A stretch of DNA of 64,000 nt. It comes from a virus. The notes under the pieces are model-generated. The model had not been told where the DNA came from. It did not search any database and saw nothing but the letters and a program-made list of their open reading frames with translations. The stretch is taken from positions 1-64,000 of IMG/VR virus record IMGVR_UViG_3300020180_000014; one strand, written 5' to 3'. Both the position numbers and the translations under genes were made by a program. How positions within the stretch are numbered: position 1 is the first letter of the stretch; each line of letters opens with the position of its first letter. Positions 1 to 9,379 of the stretch are shown piece by piece.

Positions 1-44
1 ACGCCCGGCGTCCCGCCCGGCGTCTACATCCTCGCGCCCGGTCG

Positions 45-356
45 CTAGTTCGCGTTCGGGGGCGTACTCGGGCCACGCGTTCGCGTATCGGGGAACTTTC
101 GCGACGCGTAGTAGATCGTCGCGTAGAACGTCACGCAGACGATGCTATCGATCGCGACGACCGTTACGACCGGCCATGACTGCGGCAGCGTGGTCGTGAG
201 GTATGGCGGTACGTAGAGCGCCATCAGCACGAGTACGCAGATCGCGAGGCTGATCGGGTTACCTCGTGCGCGCCACGAGCGGACGAACCGCAGCAGCACG
301 GGAAGCCAGGCGAGCGCGGCGACAAGCGCCACGATGGGTACAGCGGGGTACAGCAC
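45..356 (-). CDS. small membrane protein (about 3 TM)
   Basis: three hydrophobic segments; co-oriented with neighbouring small genes. Confidence 0.7.
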   Translation of the reverse strand: MLYPAVPIVALVAALAWLPVLLRFVRSWRARGNPISLAICVLVLMALYVPPYLTTTLPQSWPVVTVVAIDSIVCVTFYATIYYASRKFPDTRTRGPSTPPNAN

Positions 357-365
357 GTGTGTGAG

Positions 366-596
366 TCACGACTTGAGGTGAACGGGACCGGCCCCGTTCA
401 GGGTCTGTGTGAGGTCTGTGCTCGCTCGGCCGAACCGCTGGACGTGCCGCCGCTGTGCGACTTCAGCGGCGGCGTGAATCTGCTGATCGACCGTGACACT
501 GGCAGCCTTGATCGTGCGCCGTGTGCGCCGTTGCCACAGTCCGAGCACGACCACAAGCACGATGAAGATAGCGACGGACGTGATAGATGACCACAT
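366..596 (-). CDS. small single-TM membrane protein
   Basis: N-terminal TM followed by QRRTRR. Confidence 0.7.
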   Translation of the reverse strand: MWSSITSVAIFIVLVVVLGLWQRRTRRTIKAASVTVDQQIHAAAEVAQRRHVQRFGRASTDLTQTLNGAGPVHLKS

Positions 597-599
597 AGG

Positions 600-803
600 T
601 CAGCCCCCTTCACTGGTTGTGCCGGACGCGAGCGCCACGGCCTTGGGAACGTCGAGTGTCTTCAAGATCACCGCATTGACGACGGTGATCTTTTGGATCA
701 ACAGACGAATTTCCCGCAGCTCTCGCGTGACGCTCATCATGAGCCACACTGCGAAGGCTACGGGAAATCCCCAACGCTCGATGATGGTCTGAAGTAGGTC
801 CAC
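600..803 (-). CDS. YvrJ/holin-like small membrane protein
   Basis: IERWGFPVAFAVWLM pattern followed by an amphipathic helix. Confidence 0.55.
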   Translation of the reverse strand: MDLLQTIIERWGFPVAFAVWLMMSVTRELREIRLLIQKITVVNAVILKTLDVPKAVALASGTTSEGG

Positions 804-825
804 GAGTTGTTACTACGTGGTCGCC

Positions 826-1101
826 TTACATCTTCGCGCGGACGCAGCTGCGGAACGCCTTGGCGCTCTTGCCCTTGCAGGCACGTGCGGCGGCGGCGAG
901 CTTGCGCTTGTACGGCGCGAGGTGGCGCGTCGACGGCTTCTTGCGCGGCGCACAGCCTGCACCGGTCTTGCCGGGGAACGAGACGACCTTGCCGCGCTTC
1001 GTCTTGAAGCGGACGATGCCCTTACGACAGGCGGAAGCCTTGCGTGAACGCTTACGACCGCGCTTGCGTGCACCGAGGGTATCGAACGAGTTGCCGAACA
1101 T
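826..1101 (-). CDS. small very basic Cys-containing protein (candidate core/DNA-condensing protein)
   Basis: K/R-rich with 4 Cys; RBS AGGAG; N-terminus MFGNSFDTLG-ARKR. Confidence 0.75.
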   Translation of the reverse strand: MFGNSFDTLGARKRGRKRSRKASACRKGIVRFKTKRGKVVSFPGKTGAGCAPRKKPSTRHLAPYKRKLAAAARACKGKSAKAFRSCVRAKM

Positions 1102-1123
1102 GCTGCTCTCCTAGGTTGTGCGA

Positions 1124-1279
1124 CTAGCGCTTGACGAACGGGTTCGGACGTTGAACCGGACGCTGCACGGGCCGTTGCGCGGGTTGCGCGTTGGGCATCG
1201 TGCGAACGCAGCAGTTCTTGCCTGTACTGGACTGTGGAGCCTGACGAACAGGAGCCTTGGGGACGCGGCGACCGAACAT
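1124..1279 (-). CDS. small basic P/Q-rich protein
   Basis: MFGRRVPK...QRPVQRPVQRP; TAGGAT lies 7 nt before the ATG. Confidence 0.55.
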   Translation of the reverse strand: MFGRRVPKAPVRQAPQSSTGKNCCVRTMPNAQPAQRPVQRPVQRPNPFVKR

Positions 1280-1307
1280 GGAACCCATCCTAGCAGAACA
1301 AACGGGC

Positions 1308-1323
1308 GATCGCGCAAGCGATC
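1308..1323. promoter_or_regulatory. GATCGC-N4-GCGATC palindrome
   Basis: GATCGC GCAA GCGATC between divergent genes. Confidence 0.6.
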
Positions 1324-1399
1324 GGGTACGCCAACGTGGTGATCCCACCAGCGACTGTTTGACCCTTCCCGAGAGGGCTCGTACAGTCGGACCAATCCT

Positions 1400-2413
1400 A
1401 TGGCGCAGATCAATCCTCGTACGTTCGCGGACGCGAAGCAGCTCGCTGACAACATCTACGAGGTGATCCTGACCAACTGGGGCAACCGAGGTCAGAAGCA
1501 GGATCCGAACAACGGATCGATTCAGTACCCACCGGTCAAGTCGCTGCCCAACCTACCGGGCCGCGCACAAGCGATTCCGATCGTTCCGCTTGCGGGAACC
1601 GGCGACTTTCTACTGCCGCCGATCCCGAGCCTCTCCGCGATCGCGATCGCGCCGCGTAGCAACATCGATCGCTGCATCGTTCACTACGCGGGCTTGCCGC
1701 AGACGCCGTCGACGTTGCTCGCCGACCCATTCATCAGCCCGCTCATGCCGTGCACGATCGAGCAGGGCTTCATCAACAAGGGCGGCATCCTCGAATCCGA
1801 ACAAGTGCTTGCCGTCGGTGCGTCGCTGATCGGACAGCAGCCGGGACCTATCATCATTCGCGCACACCCTGCTGGATGGTTCAACGACGTCTACTTTCCG
1901 CTCGTCGGTGGCGGGCTGTTCGGCGATCCGTTCGGAACGGCGATCCAGGATAGCTACCTGATCGACGTCAACGGAGGTGCGCCTGCACCGTGGCTCAACC
2001 CAGAACTGCGCCTGATGTTGTACTTGAACGGCGCAGCGGCGTTGCCGCCGCAGAAGCGTGCGCCGTTCCGCGATACGTGGCTGTGCCGTCCTCCAGCGAC
2101 GAGCGAGATCATGCGCGTCGTGCCGATCATCGGACGCCGACACGTACAGGTGCTGATCGATGCACTTGCCAGTGACGTGACGTTCCGGATCACTGCAGTG
2201 GTGCAATCGCAGGCGGCGTCCACCAACGACGGCAACGCGGAGTTCGTCAACCTCTCAACCGAAGAGGTCGCGCTCACAGCCTCGACGCTTTTGACGGGCG
2301 GCACCCAGGCGATCGTCAAGTTCGATAACCCGGGCCTGACGTACATGATCATCCGCGCGAGCAGCTTGTTCGTCACGAGTTTCACCCAGGTGACGATCGA
2401 CGCGTTCGACTAG
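1400..2413 (+). CDS. putative virion structural protein (beta-rich C-terminus)
   Basis: 337 aa ORF with typical codon usage; alternating beta-strand pattern at the C-terminus. Confidence 0.75.
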   Translation: MAQINPRTFADAKQLADNIYEVILTNWGNRGQKQDPNNGSIQYPPVKSLPNLPGRAQAIPIVPLAGTGDFLLPPIPSLSAIAIAPRSNIDRCIVHYAGLPQTPSTLLADPFISPLMPCTIEQGFINKGGILESEQVLAVGASLIGQQPGPIIIRAHPAGWFNDVYFPLVGGGLFGDPFGTAIQDSYLIDVNGGAPAPWLNPELRLMLYLNGAAALPPQKRAPFRDTWLCRPPATSEIMRVVPIIGRRHVQVLIDALASDVTFRITAVVQSQAASTNDGNAEFVNLSTEEVALTASTLLTGGTQAIVKFDNPGLTYMIIRASSLFVTSFTQVTIDAFD

Positions 2414-2490
2414 GTATGTGAACTTGCTCGCGACTTGATTGAATTTCCGCATTGCCGACGGCGTCTACATCGTCGATGATCGGAGCAAGT

Positions 2491-2970
2491 ATGCGGAACT
2501 TGGTCTTGTTTTCTTTCCTGGTGGCGTGCACGGGGGACCCGACTTCGGTGGATCCCGATGCACCCGATTCAACAGTGGATGCACCCGACGGGACTCCGAG
2601 CGACGGTTCAGGCGCTGATGCCTCGACGGATGCAGGTGTTGACGCGACGCCGTTGATCGACGGTCCACTCGGTACGCCGGGCATGTGCGCGGTCGCCACG
2701 CAGACCGGATGCGCCACGGGGCAAGGCTGCTACCCGAGCGGTGGTTCGCTGATGAACTTCGACCCGAAGGGTGCCTGTGCAGTTGCAGGCGGGCTTCCTG
2801 TGGGAGGGTCGTGCACGATCCATCCCAACTGCGCCACCGGGCTCGTGTGCGAGGGTGGCGGTGGCGGCAACGGCAAGTGCAAGGCGATCTGCACGAGCAG
2901 CGCGACGTGCCCGACCACGACACCGACGTGCATGCTGTACCAGCACGGCGAGTACGGTCGCTGTCTGTAG
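2491..2970 (+). CDS. myxobacterial-type Cys-rich lipoprotein
   Basis: lipobox LVAC, DAP/DAG/DAS acidic linker, about 10-Cys C-terminal domain; RBS GGAG. Confidence 0.75.
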   Translation: MRNLVLFSFLVACTGDPTSVDPDAPDSTVDAPDGTPSDGSGADASTDAGVDATPLIDGPLGTPGMCAVATQTGCATGQGCYPSGGSLMNFDPKGACAVAGGLPVGGSCTIHPNCATGLVCEGGGGGNGKCKAICTSSATCPTTTPTCMLYQHGEYGRCL

Positions 2971-2973
2971 CCG

Positions 2974-3348
2974 TTAGGTAACGGGCAGGACAGCGGCGCT
3001 GGACTTCGACAGCACGTACCAGTTCGTGAGGCCGTCCGAGACGAGAAGAACGGCGTCGTACTGCAGCGGCAACGCGATCATCGTCGCACCGTCGATGAGA
3101 TCGGCACCTGCACGGAAGATTTCCGCGTCTGCACCGGCCGCGACCTTCTTGATATAGTAGGCCGCATGAGGCTTGCTGGCAGCGAGCGGCAAGTTGAGTG
3201 CACCGCCGGGCGTGCTGACCAGAATGACGGCGTCTGCGCTATCGACGCCGATGTTGAAGGGCGCAGCGTCGACGATGATGACACCGTACCGAAGGTACGC
3301 CTTGTTCATCAGGTCGAAGCGATCGTCCCACGTTTCGTTGTTCTTCAC
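2974..3348 (-). CDS. virion fibre/spike-associated small beta domain protein
   Basis: LNLPLAA...YYIKKV...DLIDGA...LQYDAVLLVSDGLTNWYV pattern, common at phage fibre C-termini. Confidence 0.65.
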   Translation of the reverse strand: MKNNETWDDRFDLMNKAYLRYGVIIVDAAPFNIGVDSADAVILVSTPGGALNLPLAASKPHAAYYIKKVAAGADAEIFRAGADLIDGATMIALPLQYDAVLLVSDGLTNWYVLSKSSAAVLPVT

Positions 3349-3362
3349 GATTCGGCCTTTCG

Positions 3363-3674
3363 TTATGCGAGCGGTAGCGCTTCAGAGGTGCTGATAGACA
3401 GCAGCCCACCTACTGCCGCGCCGATGCAGTAGAGACCTTGCTTCGGAGCCGCCACAAACGACTGTGACTGGCCCGGAAACAGACGAAAGGTTGCCGTTGA
3501 CGGTTGCGGGACGAGGTCCGTGACCGTTGCAGCAACGAAGATCACCACCGGCCCGACGTTGTTGACGAGAACGCGGATCGGCGCTTTCGCGGACTTCACG
3601 ATGGTCGTCGGCGTAGGAGCGCCGATCGGTTGAACCGTGAGCGTCTCGAAGTTCGTGTTCTGCATCGCTGGCAT
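3363..3674 (-). CDS. small beta-sandwich structural protein
   Basis: VLVNNVGPVVIFV...FRLFPGQS...LYCIG pattern. Confidence 0.65.
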   Translation of the reverse strand: MPAMQNTNFETLTVQPIGAPTPTTIVKSAKAPIRVLVNNVGPVVIFVAATVTDLVPQPSTATFRLFPGQSQSFVAAPKQGLYCIGAAVGGLLSISTSEALPLA

Positions 3675-3691
3675 CGTCGTCGATTACCGCG

Positions 3692-4228
3692 TTAGCGGAC
3701 TTCGCTCGGGGGACCGATGATGTCGAGGTAGCCCTGGAAGTTCACCTCGACGCGAATGAGTTGAACCTCGACGCGTTCGGGTTGAATGGTGGCGTCGAGG
3801 ATGACGACGGCGGGGTAGTCAGCCGTGTCGATCTGGACCTGGAAGCCTTCACTGCGCACGATCGTGTAGGGCTCTTCGAGGTCCCACGCTTGCGTGTTCT
3901 GCTGCAGCAGCTGGCTGACGAGCGTCGCGCTTTTGGTCAGGTTCTCGTTCTTCGAGAAGTCGAGGATGCGAATGCGCACGCGCTTCTGGAGCGTCGTCGG
4001 CTGCGGCTCCAGGATCGTCGGCGACGTGAACGTTTCGGGCGTGCCCTTGCCCGTCAGGCCCACCTTCATGCGGTGAACTTCGAACGGCTTGTCGACGTTG
4101 TGCAGGAACGACGCTTCCGGGAACACGACACCCGACTGGTTCGGACCGACGTCCAGCTCGGCGGCGATGTTGTACGGAATGCGGAACGTGATGTCCTTGC
4201 CCGCGAACTGGAGTGGCAGACGGCCCAT
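3692..4228 (-). CDS. candidate single jelly-roll capsid/penton protein
   Basis: RBS GAGGAG before ATG at 4228; all-beta pattern (FEVHRMKV, VRIRILD, PYTIVRSEGFQVQI, VEVNFQGY); fold is inferred. Confidence 0.55.
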   Translation of the reverse strand: MGRLPLQFAGKDITFRIPYNIAAELDVGPNQSGVVFPEASFLHNVDKPFEVHRMKVGLTGKGTPETFTSPTILEPQPTTLQKRVRIRILDFSKNENLTKSATLVSQLLQQNTQAWDLEEPYTIVRSEGFQVQIDTADYPAVVILDATIQPERVEVQLIRVEVNFQGYLDIIGPPSEVR

Positions 4229-4359
4229 GGGGTGATTCTCCTCGGAGGTCGAAAGTCGATCGCTGCTGCGACTGGTGTACGGCAACCCTCACCTAACCAC
4301 TGGAATCCCGCAAGACGGTTCGGTAGCTTTCACATACGAAGAGCTGTAACCCGCTGAAC

Positions 4360-4740
4360 GTGACCACACGAATCGTCAAGACAACCCTGCCCGTCGATGG
4401 GCTGTTCTACTTCACCGCTGTTGCACGGGCCGAAGGCGATGGCGGGCTGCGTGTGGCAGTCCCAGCAGCGATCGTACGCGGGCTTGTGCACGTCGGATGG
4501 GCTGGACGTTGGCTCGACGTGAAGTTCGACGGCGTGAGCTTTCGCGTCGCTGTGCGGCCACATCCGACGAGCGTGATGTTCGGATTGCCACGCAGGTATC
4601 GCGGTGCGATTCACGCAGGCGATCACGTCGCACTCGCCGTCACGCAAGCCAGTGGGCCCCGCGCGCCGCGCGTTCGGCGGGTGCGGGGGCGGTTGCAGAA
4701 GACGACCGCGACGTTGTCGTTGCCGTGGCTGCGTAGCTGA
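4360..4740 (+). CDS. hypothetical protein, possibly DUF1905/AbrB-like beta-barrel
   Basis: duplicated RVAVP / MFGLP...AGDHV pattern. Confidence 0.45.
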   Translation: MTTRIVKTTLPVDGLFYFTAVARAEGDGGLRVAVPAAIVRGLVHVGWAGRWLDVKFDGVSFRVAVRPHPTSVMFGLPRRYRGAIHAGDHVALAVTQASGPRAPRVRRVRGRLQKTTATLSLPWLRS

Positions 4741-4781
4741 CCTGGCTTGTACCTGCGCGGCGGGCTTAGTATCTTGGCCTC

Positions 4782-5681
4782 GTGGCACGCATTCAGGGTC
4801 GGCGAACACCTCGCTTGGAAGCGCGGGATCGCGTATGGATCGCCCGGATGCGCGAGCTGGCGGCACGTGCAGAACATGCCGAGGCGCGTGCACTCGCTCG
4901 CCGCCGGAACGCTGATGTCGAAGACGCCGAGTTTGAGGATCGTCCCGTGCGTGCGCTCGGACGGCAAGAACGTGAGCTGGCTGAGCCTGCCGTGCGCGAG
5001 ATCATCCGCGAGCGCGGCTCGGCGTGGATGCCGCTCGCGATCGGGCTTGGGATCATTGCGGTGATTGGCGTCGCGGGCGTCGTCGTGTACCTGCTCGTAC
5101 GTCGCAAGGACAACGGTGAATCGTCGGTGCTTGGCGCTGTCGATCCGCGTTACCTACCGCAACAGCAAGCGCCGCAGGTGTACTTGATCAACTCGGGTGG
5201 TGGGCAGGCGACGGTGACACGCGCTGAAGCGCCGCAAAGTGACGGCGCGATGCTGTCGATGCTCGGCCGCATCGAGAACGGTATCGGCTCGCTCGTGAAC
5301 CACAACCGCGTTCCATACAACCAGTCGACGATGCGCACGTACCGGCTGCCGTGGCTCGCCGACGCCGACAACCCAGCGATCCGGATCGCGACCGCAGGCA
5401 ACGCCTCGATGGAAGCCGTCGTGCGTGTCGTAGCGCCACCGGGTGCGCTCGCTGCGTTTTCGTTCTCAGCGAACGAGCTGAACCTTCCGCAGCGGACAGT
5501 TGGACCGGGTATGTCGACGGTGCCTGCGGGTGACACGCTTGTTGTACCGTCGGGGCAGCAGCAAGAGATCCACATGAACCCGAAGCAGGTGCTCTACGCC
5601 AAGGGCAACTTCTCGAATGCGAACCCGACAGGGTCCGTCGTGATTTCGATCAGCACCGTTGACAACTACGGTTCGCGCTGA
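4782..5681 (+). CDS. membrane-anchored structural protein with C-terminal beta-sandwich (start uncertain)
   Basis: TM segment followed by RRK; VLG-AV motif; beta-rich C-terminus. Confidence 0.65.
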   Translation: MARIQGRRTPRLEARDRVWIARMRELAARAEHAEARALARRRNADVEDAEFEDRPVRALGRQERELAEPAVREIIRERGSAWMPLAIGLGIIAVIGVAGVVVYLLVRRKDNGESSVLGAVDPRYLPQQQAPQVYLINSGGGQATVTRAEAPQSDGAMLSMLGRIENGIGSLVNHNRVPYNQSTMRTYRLPWLADADNPAIRIATAGNASMEAVVRVVAPPGALAAFSFSANELNLPQRTVGPGMSTVPAGDTLVVPSGQQQEIHMNPKQVLYAKGNFSNANPTGSVVISISTVDNYGSR

Positions 5682-5711
5682 GCGGACGTAGGCACATGAT
5701 AGGCTGAGCCC

Positions 5712-6113
5712 ATGGACCCGGCTCGGGCACTCGTTACATCGCCCACGATTCGTAACGACACGCCTGCAGCACCAGACGACTGGGCGATGGTCGTTCTGAT
5801 CAAGGGCGGCGGCGGCGTTCCGGTTGTCGTTACAGTACTGGGTCCAACGATCGCAACGGTCACGTCAGTTGGCGTAGGTGTTGTCTCGACGACGCTGCTA
5901 CTTGCAAATCCGGCACGCCTGGGTGGGATGATTTGGAATACTGGGCCCACGCCGCTGTATCTCAAACTGGGGCTCGGTGCGGCGGTTGGGCTATTCACCG
6001 CGAAGCTCTACCCCAACAGCTACTTCGAATTGCCATTCCCGGCATTCACGGGTCCGATCACAGCAATTCGTGCTGCTGGCGTAGGCGCTGTGCAAGTGAC
6101 GGAGCTGACGTAA
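5712..6113 (+). CDS. spike/fibre beta protein, paralog of 7279-7800
   Basis: shared C-terminus AN.ARLG..IWN.G...LFTA.L...SY.EL.FPA.TG.IT...TELT. Confidence 0.8.
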   Translation: MDPARALVTSPTIRNDTPAAPDDWAMVVLIKGGGGVPVVVTVLGPTIATVTSVGVGVVSTTLLLANPARLGGMIWNTGPTPLYLKLGLGAAVGLFTAKLYPNSYFELPFPAFTGPITAIRAAGVGAVQVTELT

Positions 6114-6130
6114 CACGGTAGGATAGGGAT

Positions 6131-6406
6131 ATGCCCGCCCAAGCTCTCATTCGTAAGCTCAGCAAGGATCAGATCGCTGCGAAGATCATCGCACTCAAGG
6201 CTGGTGATCTCTTGGAAATCGCACCGCACGCCGAAGGTACGTTGGTGCACTGCAAGACCGGTCCTGGCGGCGCGGCCAGCGTTGCCGGTTCCCCCGAAGC
6301 ACTGCAGGTGATCTGCGACGAGGATTCCAAGATCGTGCAGGCAGAAGCGAAAGCGCGCATCGAAGCTGAAGCTGCGGCGGCGGAAACGGCAGCCAAGAAG
6401 CCCTAA
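6131..6406 (+). CDS. hypothetical protein
   Basis: typical codon usage; TAGGAT lies 6 nt before the ATG. Confidence 0.65.
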   Translation: MPAQALIRKLSKDQIAAKIIALKAGDLLEIAPHAEGTLVHCKTGPGGAASVAGSPEALQVICDEDSKIVQAEAKARIEAEAAAAETAAKKP

Positions 6407-7182
6407 CGCTTCCGGCTCGTCTTCGACTTGTGTAGCTTGGTCGATGACTTCGCTACAGCAGCTACTGGCGGTGGCGGCTCGGTCACTTCGAGCACCTGTC
6501 GAATCGCACGAACCGTCACGAATTGCGGGTTGGGCGGCTCCTTTGCGGAACCCCACTGCCAGGCATCGTAGATGTCACTCTTGATCGTGAAGGCGACATC
6601 GGCGTCGACGATCTGCGCGACCAACACGAGCGCGAGGTAGTGTCCGGCCTCGGGCAGGTACACGTTGATGTACGGCACACGCTGCGGCAGCATCACAGGT
6701 CCGATTTCGGCATCGAAAATCGATCGCACGCAACGTCGTGCTGCAGCTTCACCGGTTTCGCCAATTTGTAGATCGCCCTCGGGGATCGACCACTGCTTGG
6801 TCCGTTTGTGGCGGCAGTAGAGTACCTGATCGTCGGCGTTCTTGACGACGACCGCTACGCACGCCCGGATCGCGACTCGATCGGTTGCATCGATTTCTTC
6901 GATTCGGTAGTCAGCTTCGGCGGTGTACTCACGCGTCGCCCAGCGTTCGGCAACAGACTTTTCGAAGAACGTTGCAAGCGGTTCTTGACTGTCCACGGGA
7001 GCGAAGACGGCCCACACACGACGGTCGCCCGGTAGCAACTCGGGTGGCCGTGGGCTCACGATGACGTAGACGGGACCACCGGGGGTCTCGTAAACCATGA
7101 GTGTAGCTTCAGATAGATCCTTGCGACGCTTGTCGTAGGCATCAGCAAGCATAGCGACACCGAGCGGTGCAAGTTGGGCCAT
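6403..7182 (-). CDS. protein with degenerate C-terminal Nudix-like domain
   Basis: VAVVVKN..QVLY.RH....WSIPEGDLQIGETGEAAARR; the Nudix box lacks the REUxEE glutamates. Confidence 0.6.
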   Translation of the reverse strand: MAQLAPLGVAMLADAYDKRRKDLSEATLMVYETPGGPVYVIVSPRPPELLPGDRRVWAVFAPVDSQEPLATFFEKSVAERWATREYTAEADYRIEEIDATDRVAIRACVAVVVKNADDQVLYCRHKRTKQWSIPEGDLQIGETGEAAARRCVRSIFDAEIGPVMLPQRVPYINVYLPEAGHYLALVLVAQIVDADVAFTIKSDIYDAWQWGSAKEPPNPQFVTVRAIRQVLEVTEPPPPVAAVAKSSTKLHKSKTSRKR

Positions 7183-7278
7183 GGTGTCGCCGATGCGGAT
7201 GATAGTCTTCACGTAAACGGGTTGTACTACGCCCTGTTGGCGGTGTGGTACGTTGGAAGTCAATCAGCGAGGTGATGT

Positions 7279-7800
7279 ATGCCCTTAGAGCAGATGGCTA
7301 CGGTTCTCTACGACAGCACCGATACCGAAACCGGTACGGTCGCAAATCCGTTCACGATCGATGGAACAGTCGTCGCCAATCAAGGCACACCTGCCGTCAT
7401 CGGTAACGCCTGGCCGATGCTCGTCACCGATGGTGTGATCAGCGCCGAAGTCCGAACGACGGCACCGCTCGCGGGTTCGGCAGGTCTCGTAGTCCGCATC
7501 GCGGGCACCGTTACGACATCGATCGCGCAGCCCTCGGTCGGAACCGTCACCAGCGTCGCACTCTCCACTGTCGTCGCGACAATTCTCGCGGCGAACGCTG
7601 CGCGACTGGGTGCCAGCATCTGGAATGACGGTGCCGCCAACGCCTACGTTCGGCTGGGTGCAGGTGCGACTACTGCGCTGTTCACGGCCAGGCTCGCGAA
7701 CAAGTCGTACTACGAGCTGCAGTTCCCGGCGTACACCGGGATCATCACCGGCATCACGAACGCCGCGACCGCAACGGCGATCGCCACTGAGCTGACGTAG
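7279..7800 (+). CDS. spike/fibre beta protein, paralog of 5712-6113
   Basis: RBS GAGG; shared C-terminal domain. Confidence 0.8.
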   Translation: MPLEQMATVLYDSTDTETGTVANPFTIDGTVVANQGTPAVIGNAWPMLVTDGVISAEVRTTAPLAGSAGLVVRIAGTVTTSIAQPSVGTVTSVALSTVVATILAANAARLGASIWNDGAANAYVRLGAGATTALFTARLANKSYYELQFPAYTGIITGITNAATATAIATELT

Positions 7801-7840
7801 TTGTGAGAGGTTGGCGGGCGTCGTAGGGTAGGAGCCTGCG

Positions 7841-8686
7841 ATGCCCGTCAACGACCAGACACCCGACGTCATGCTCTATGACTCCAACGGAGTCGAGATG
7901 GCCGTGGCGAATGGTGTCGCGATCCCTGTCGGGACGCGCGGGTTGTTGTCGGTCGGATCCGACGGTGCAAACGCACGGTTCCTACTCGTCGACGCGAGCG
8001 GTCGTCAGATTGCGGTAGGTGCTGCAGCATCTGGTGCAGTACCTGCCGGTAATCCCGCGCTCGTGGCAGGTTCGGACGGTGCTGCGGTCCGCACATTACT
8101 GACGGACACGACCGGCAGGCTCTACGTTCTGCAAACGCAAGACGAGCGCGCGACATGGTCGGCAATCGCAACAGGGATCAGCGTCGCGAACAACAAGTCG
8201 ATGATCTCGATCTTGAACGCGACAGGTACCGTCGTCGTGGTTCGGCTGCGCGAAATCTGGGTCGAGAACACGCAGGTTACCAGCAATACCGGTATCGTTG
8301 GACGATTCGAGGTCCATCGAATGACTGGCCATTCAGCAGGAACACTGATCACGCCGCTCTCCTATGACACTGCTGATGCACTCGACGTCAACGTTACGGT
8401 ACGTACTGGTGCGACAATCGCAGGCGAAGTTGCTGGCATACTTTGGCAAAAGATCTGGAGTACGGACCAGAAACAGGGCCCGCGTGGTGGCATTGGCGTC
8501 GGTAACAGTGCGGGCACGCTCGTCGATCACACACAGCAAGCACTCACACCGTTTTGGTCACGCAAAGATCTCTTGGAGCGTGCGTTCACGTTGCGATCGA
8601 ATCAGGGCTTCACCGTCAAGTTCGCGACGAACTCGACATCAGGTACGTTTGACCTCACGTTGGTCTTTACCCAGGCGAGCACCTGA
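7841..8686 (+). CDS. spike/fibre structural protein
   Basis: repeated GSDG..R.LL.D..GR fibre-like units; beta-rich C-terminus; RBS AGGAG. Confidence 0.75.
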   Translation: MPVNDQTPDVMLYDSNGVEMAVANGVAIPVGTRGLLSVGSDGANARFLLVDASGRQIAVGAAASGAVPAGNPALVAGSDGAAVRTLLTDTTGRLYVLQTQDERATWSAIATGISVANNKSMISILNATGTVVVVRLREIWVENTQVTSNTGIVGRFEVHRMTGHSAGTLITPLSYDTADALDVNVTVRTGATIAGEVAGILWQKIWSTDQKQGPRGGIGVGNSAGTLVDHTQQALTPFWSRKDLLERAFTLRSNQGFTVKFATNSTSGTFDLTLVFTQAST

Positions 8687-9375
8687 TGCCGCAGTTCACT
8701 TACAGCGCGATCGGCTATACAACGACGGTCGGGACTACGTTCACGCCAATCGTGGCGACGACGTACATCGAGCAGACCGGGAACGCGCAACGCTCGTTCG
8801 TGTCGACAAGCCCTGTCGACTTCGCAGGCGGTACGGGAGCGCGCACCGTCCGGCTCACGTACTTCGACCAGACGATGACCGGACCGTTCACCGAAGACAT
8901 CGTGCTCAGTGGCCTTACGCCTGTCGACACGACGAACGCAAACATCTGCTTCATCGAATCGTTGATCGTGTTGACGGTTGGCGCACAGCTCGGCAATGTT
9001 GGTACGATCGGACTCAAGGCGGCGGCAGCAGGTGCAGGCGCGACCATCGGTTCAATCGCGCCCGGCGATAACCGCACGCAGTGGGCGCACCACTACGTGG
9101 GTCAAGCGCGCGTTGCGTACATCACGGATCTTCACGGCACGATCAAAGGGATTGCGTCGGGCGAGCTGCATGTTCGAACGTCGACACCAACAATTGCGAA
9201 TACACCGGAACAGACCATCGCACCGGTCATCACGTTGCCGCCTGGTACCCCTGAACAGATTCTGTTCCCGTCAACGATCGTCGTGTTCGGTCCCCAGCGC
9301 ATCATCCTCTACGCAAAGAGCGCGATCGGTGTAAACCAAGACTGGCAGGCCGCATTCGGCTATACGGAGTCTTAG
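8686..9375 (+). CDS. structural beta protein, paralog of 9380-10174
   Basis: GTGART.R..Y.D.T..GPFT...NI.F.E...LTVG...NVGTI.L...GSIA..D.RT.W.HHY shared. Confidence 0.8.
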   Translation: MPQFTYSAIGYTTTVGTTFTPIVATTYIEQTGNAQRSFVSTSPVDFAGGTGARTVRLTYFDQTMTGPFTEDIVLSGLTPVDTTNANICFIESLIVLTVGAQLGNVGTIGLKAAAAGAGATIGSIAPGDNRTQWAHHYVGQARVAYITDLHGTIKGIASGELHVRTSTPTIANTPEQTIAPVITLPPGTPEQILFPSTIVVFGPQRIILYAKSAIGVNQDWQAAFGYTES

Positions 9376-9379
9376 CCTC

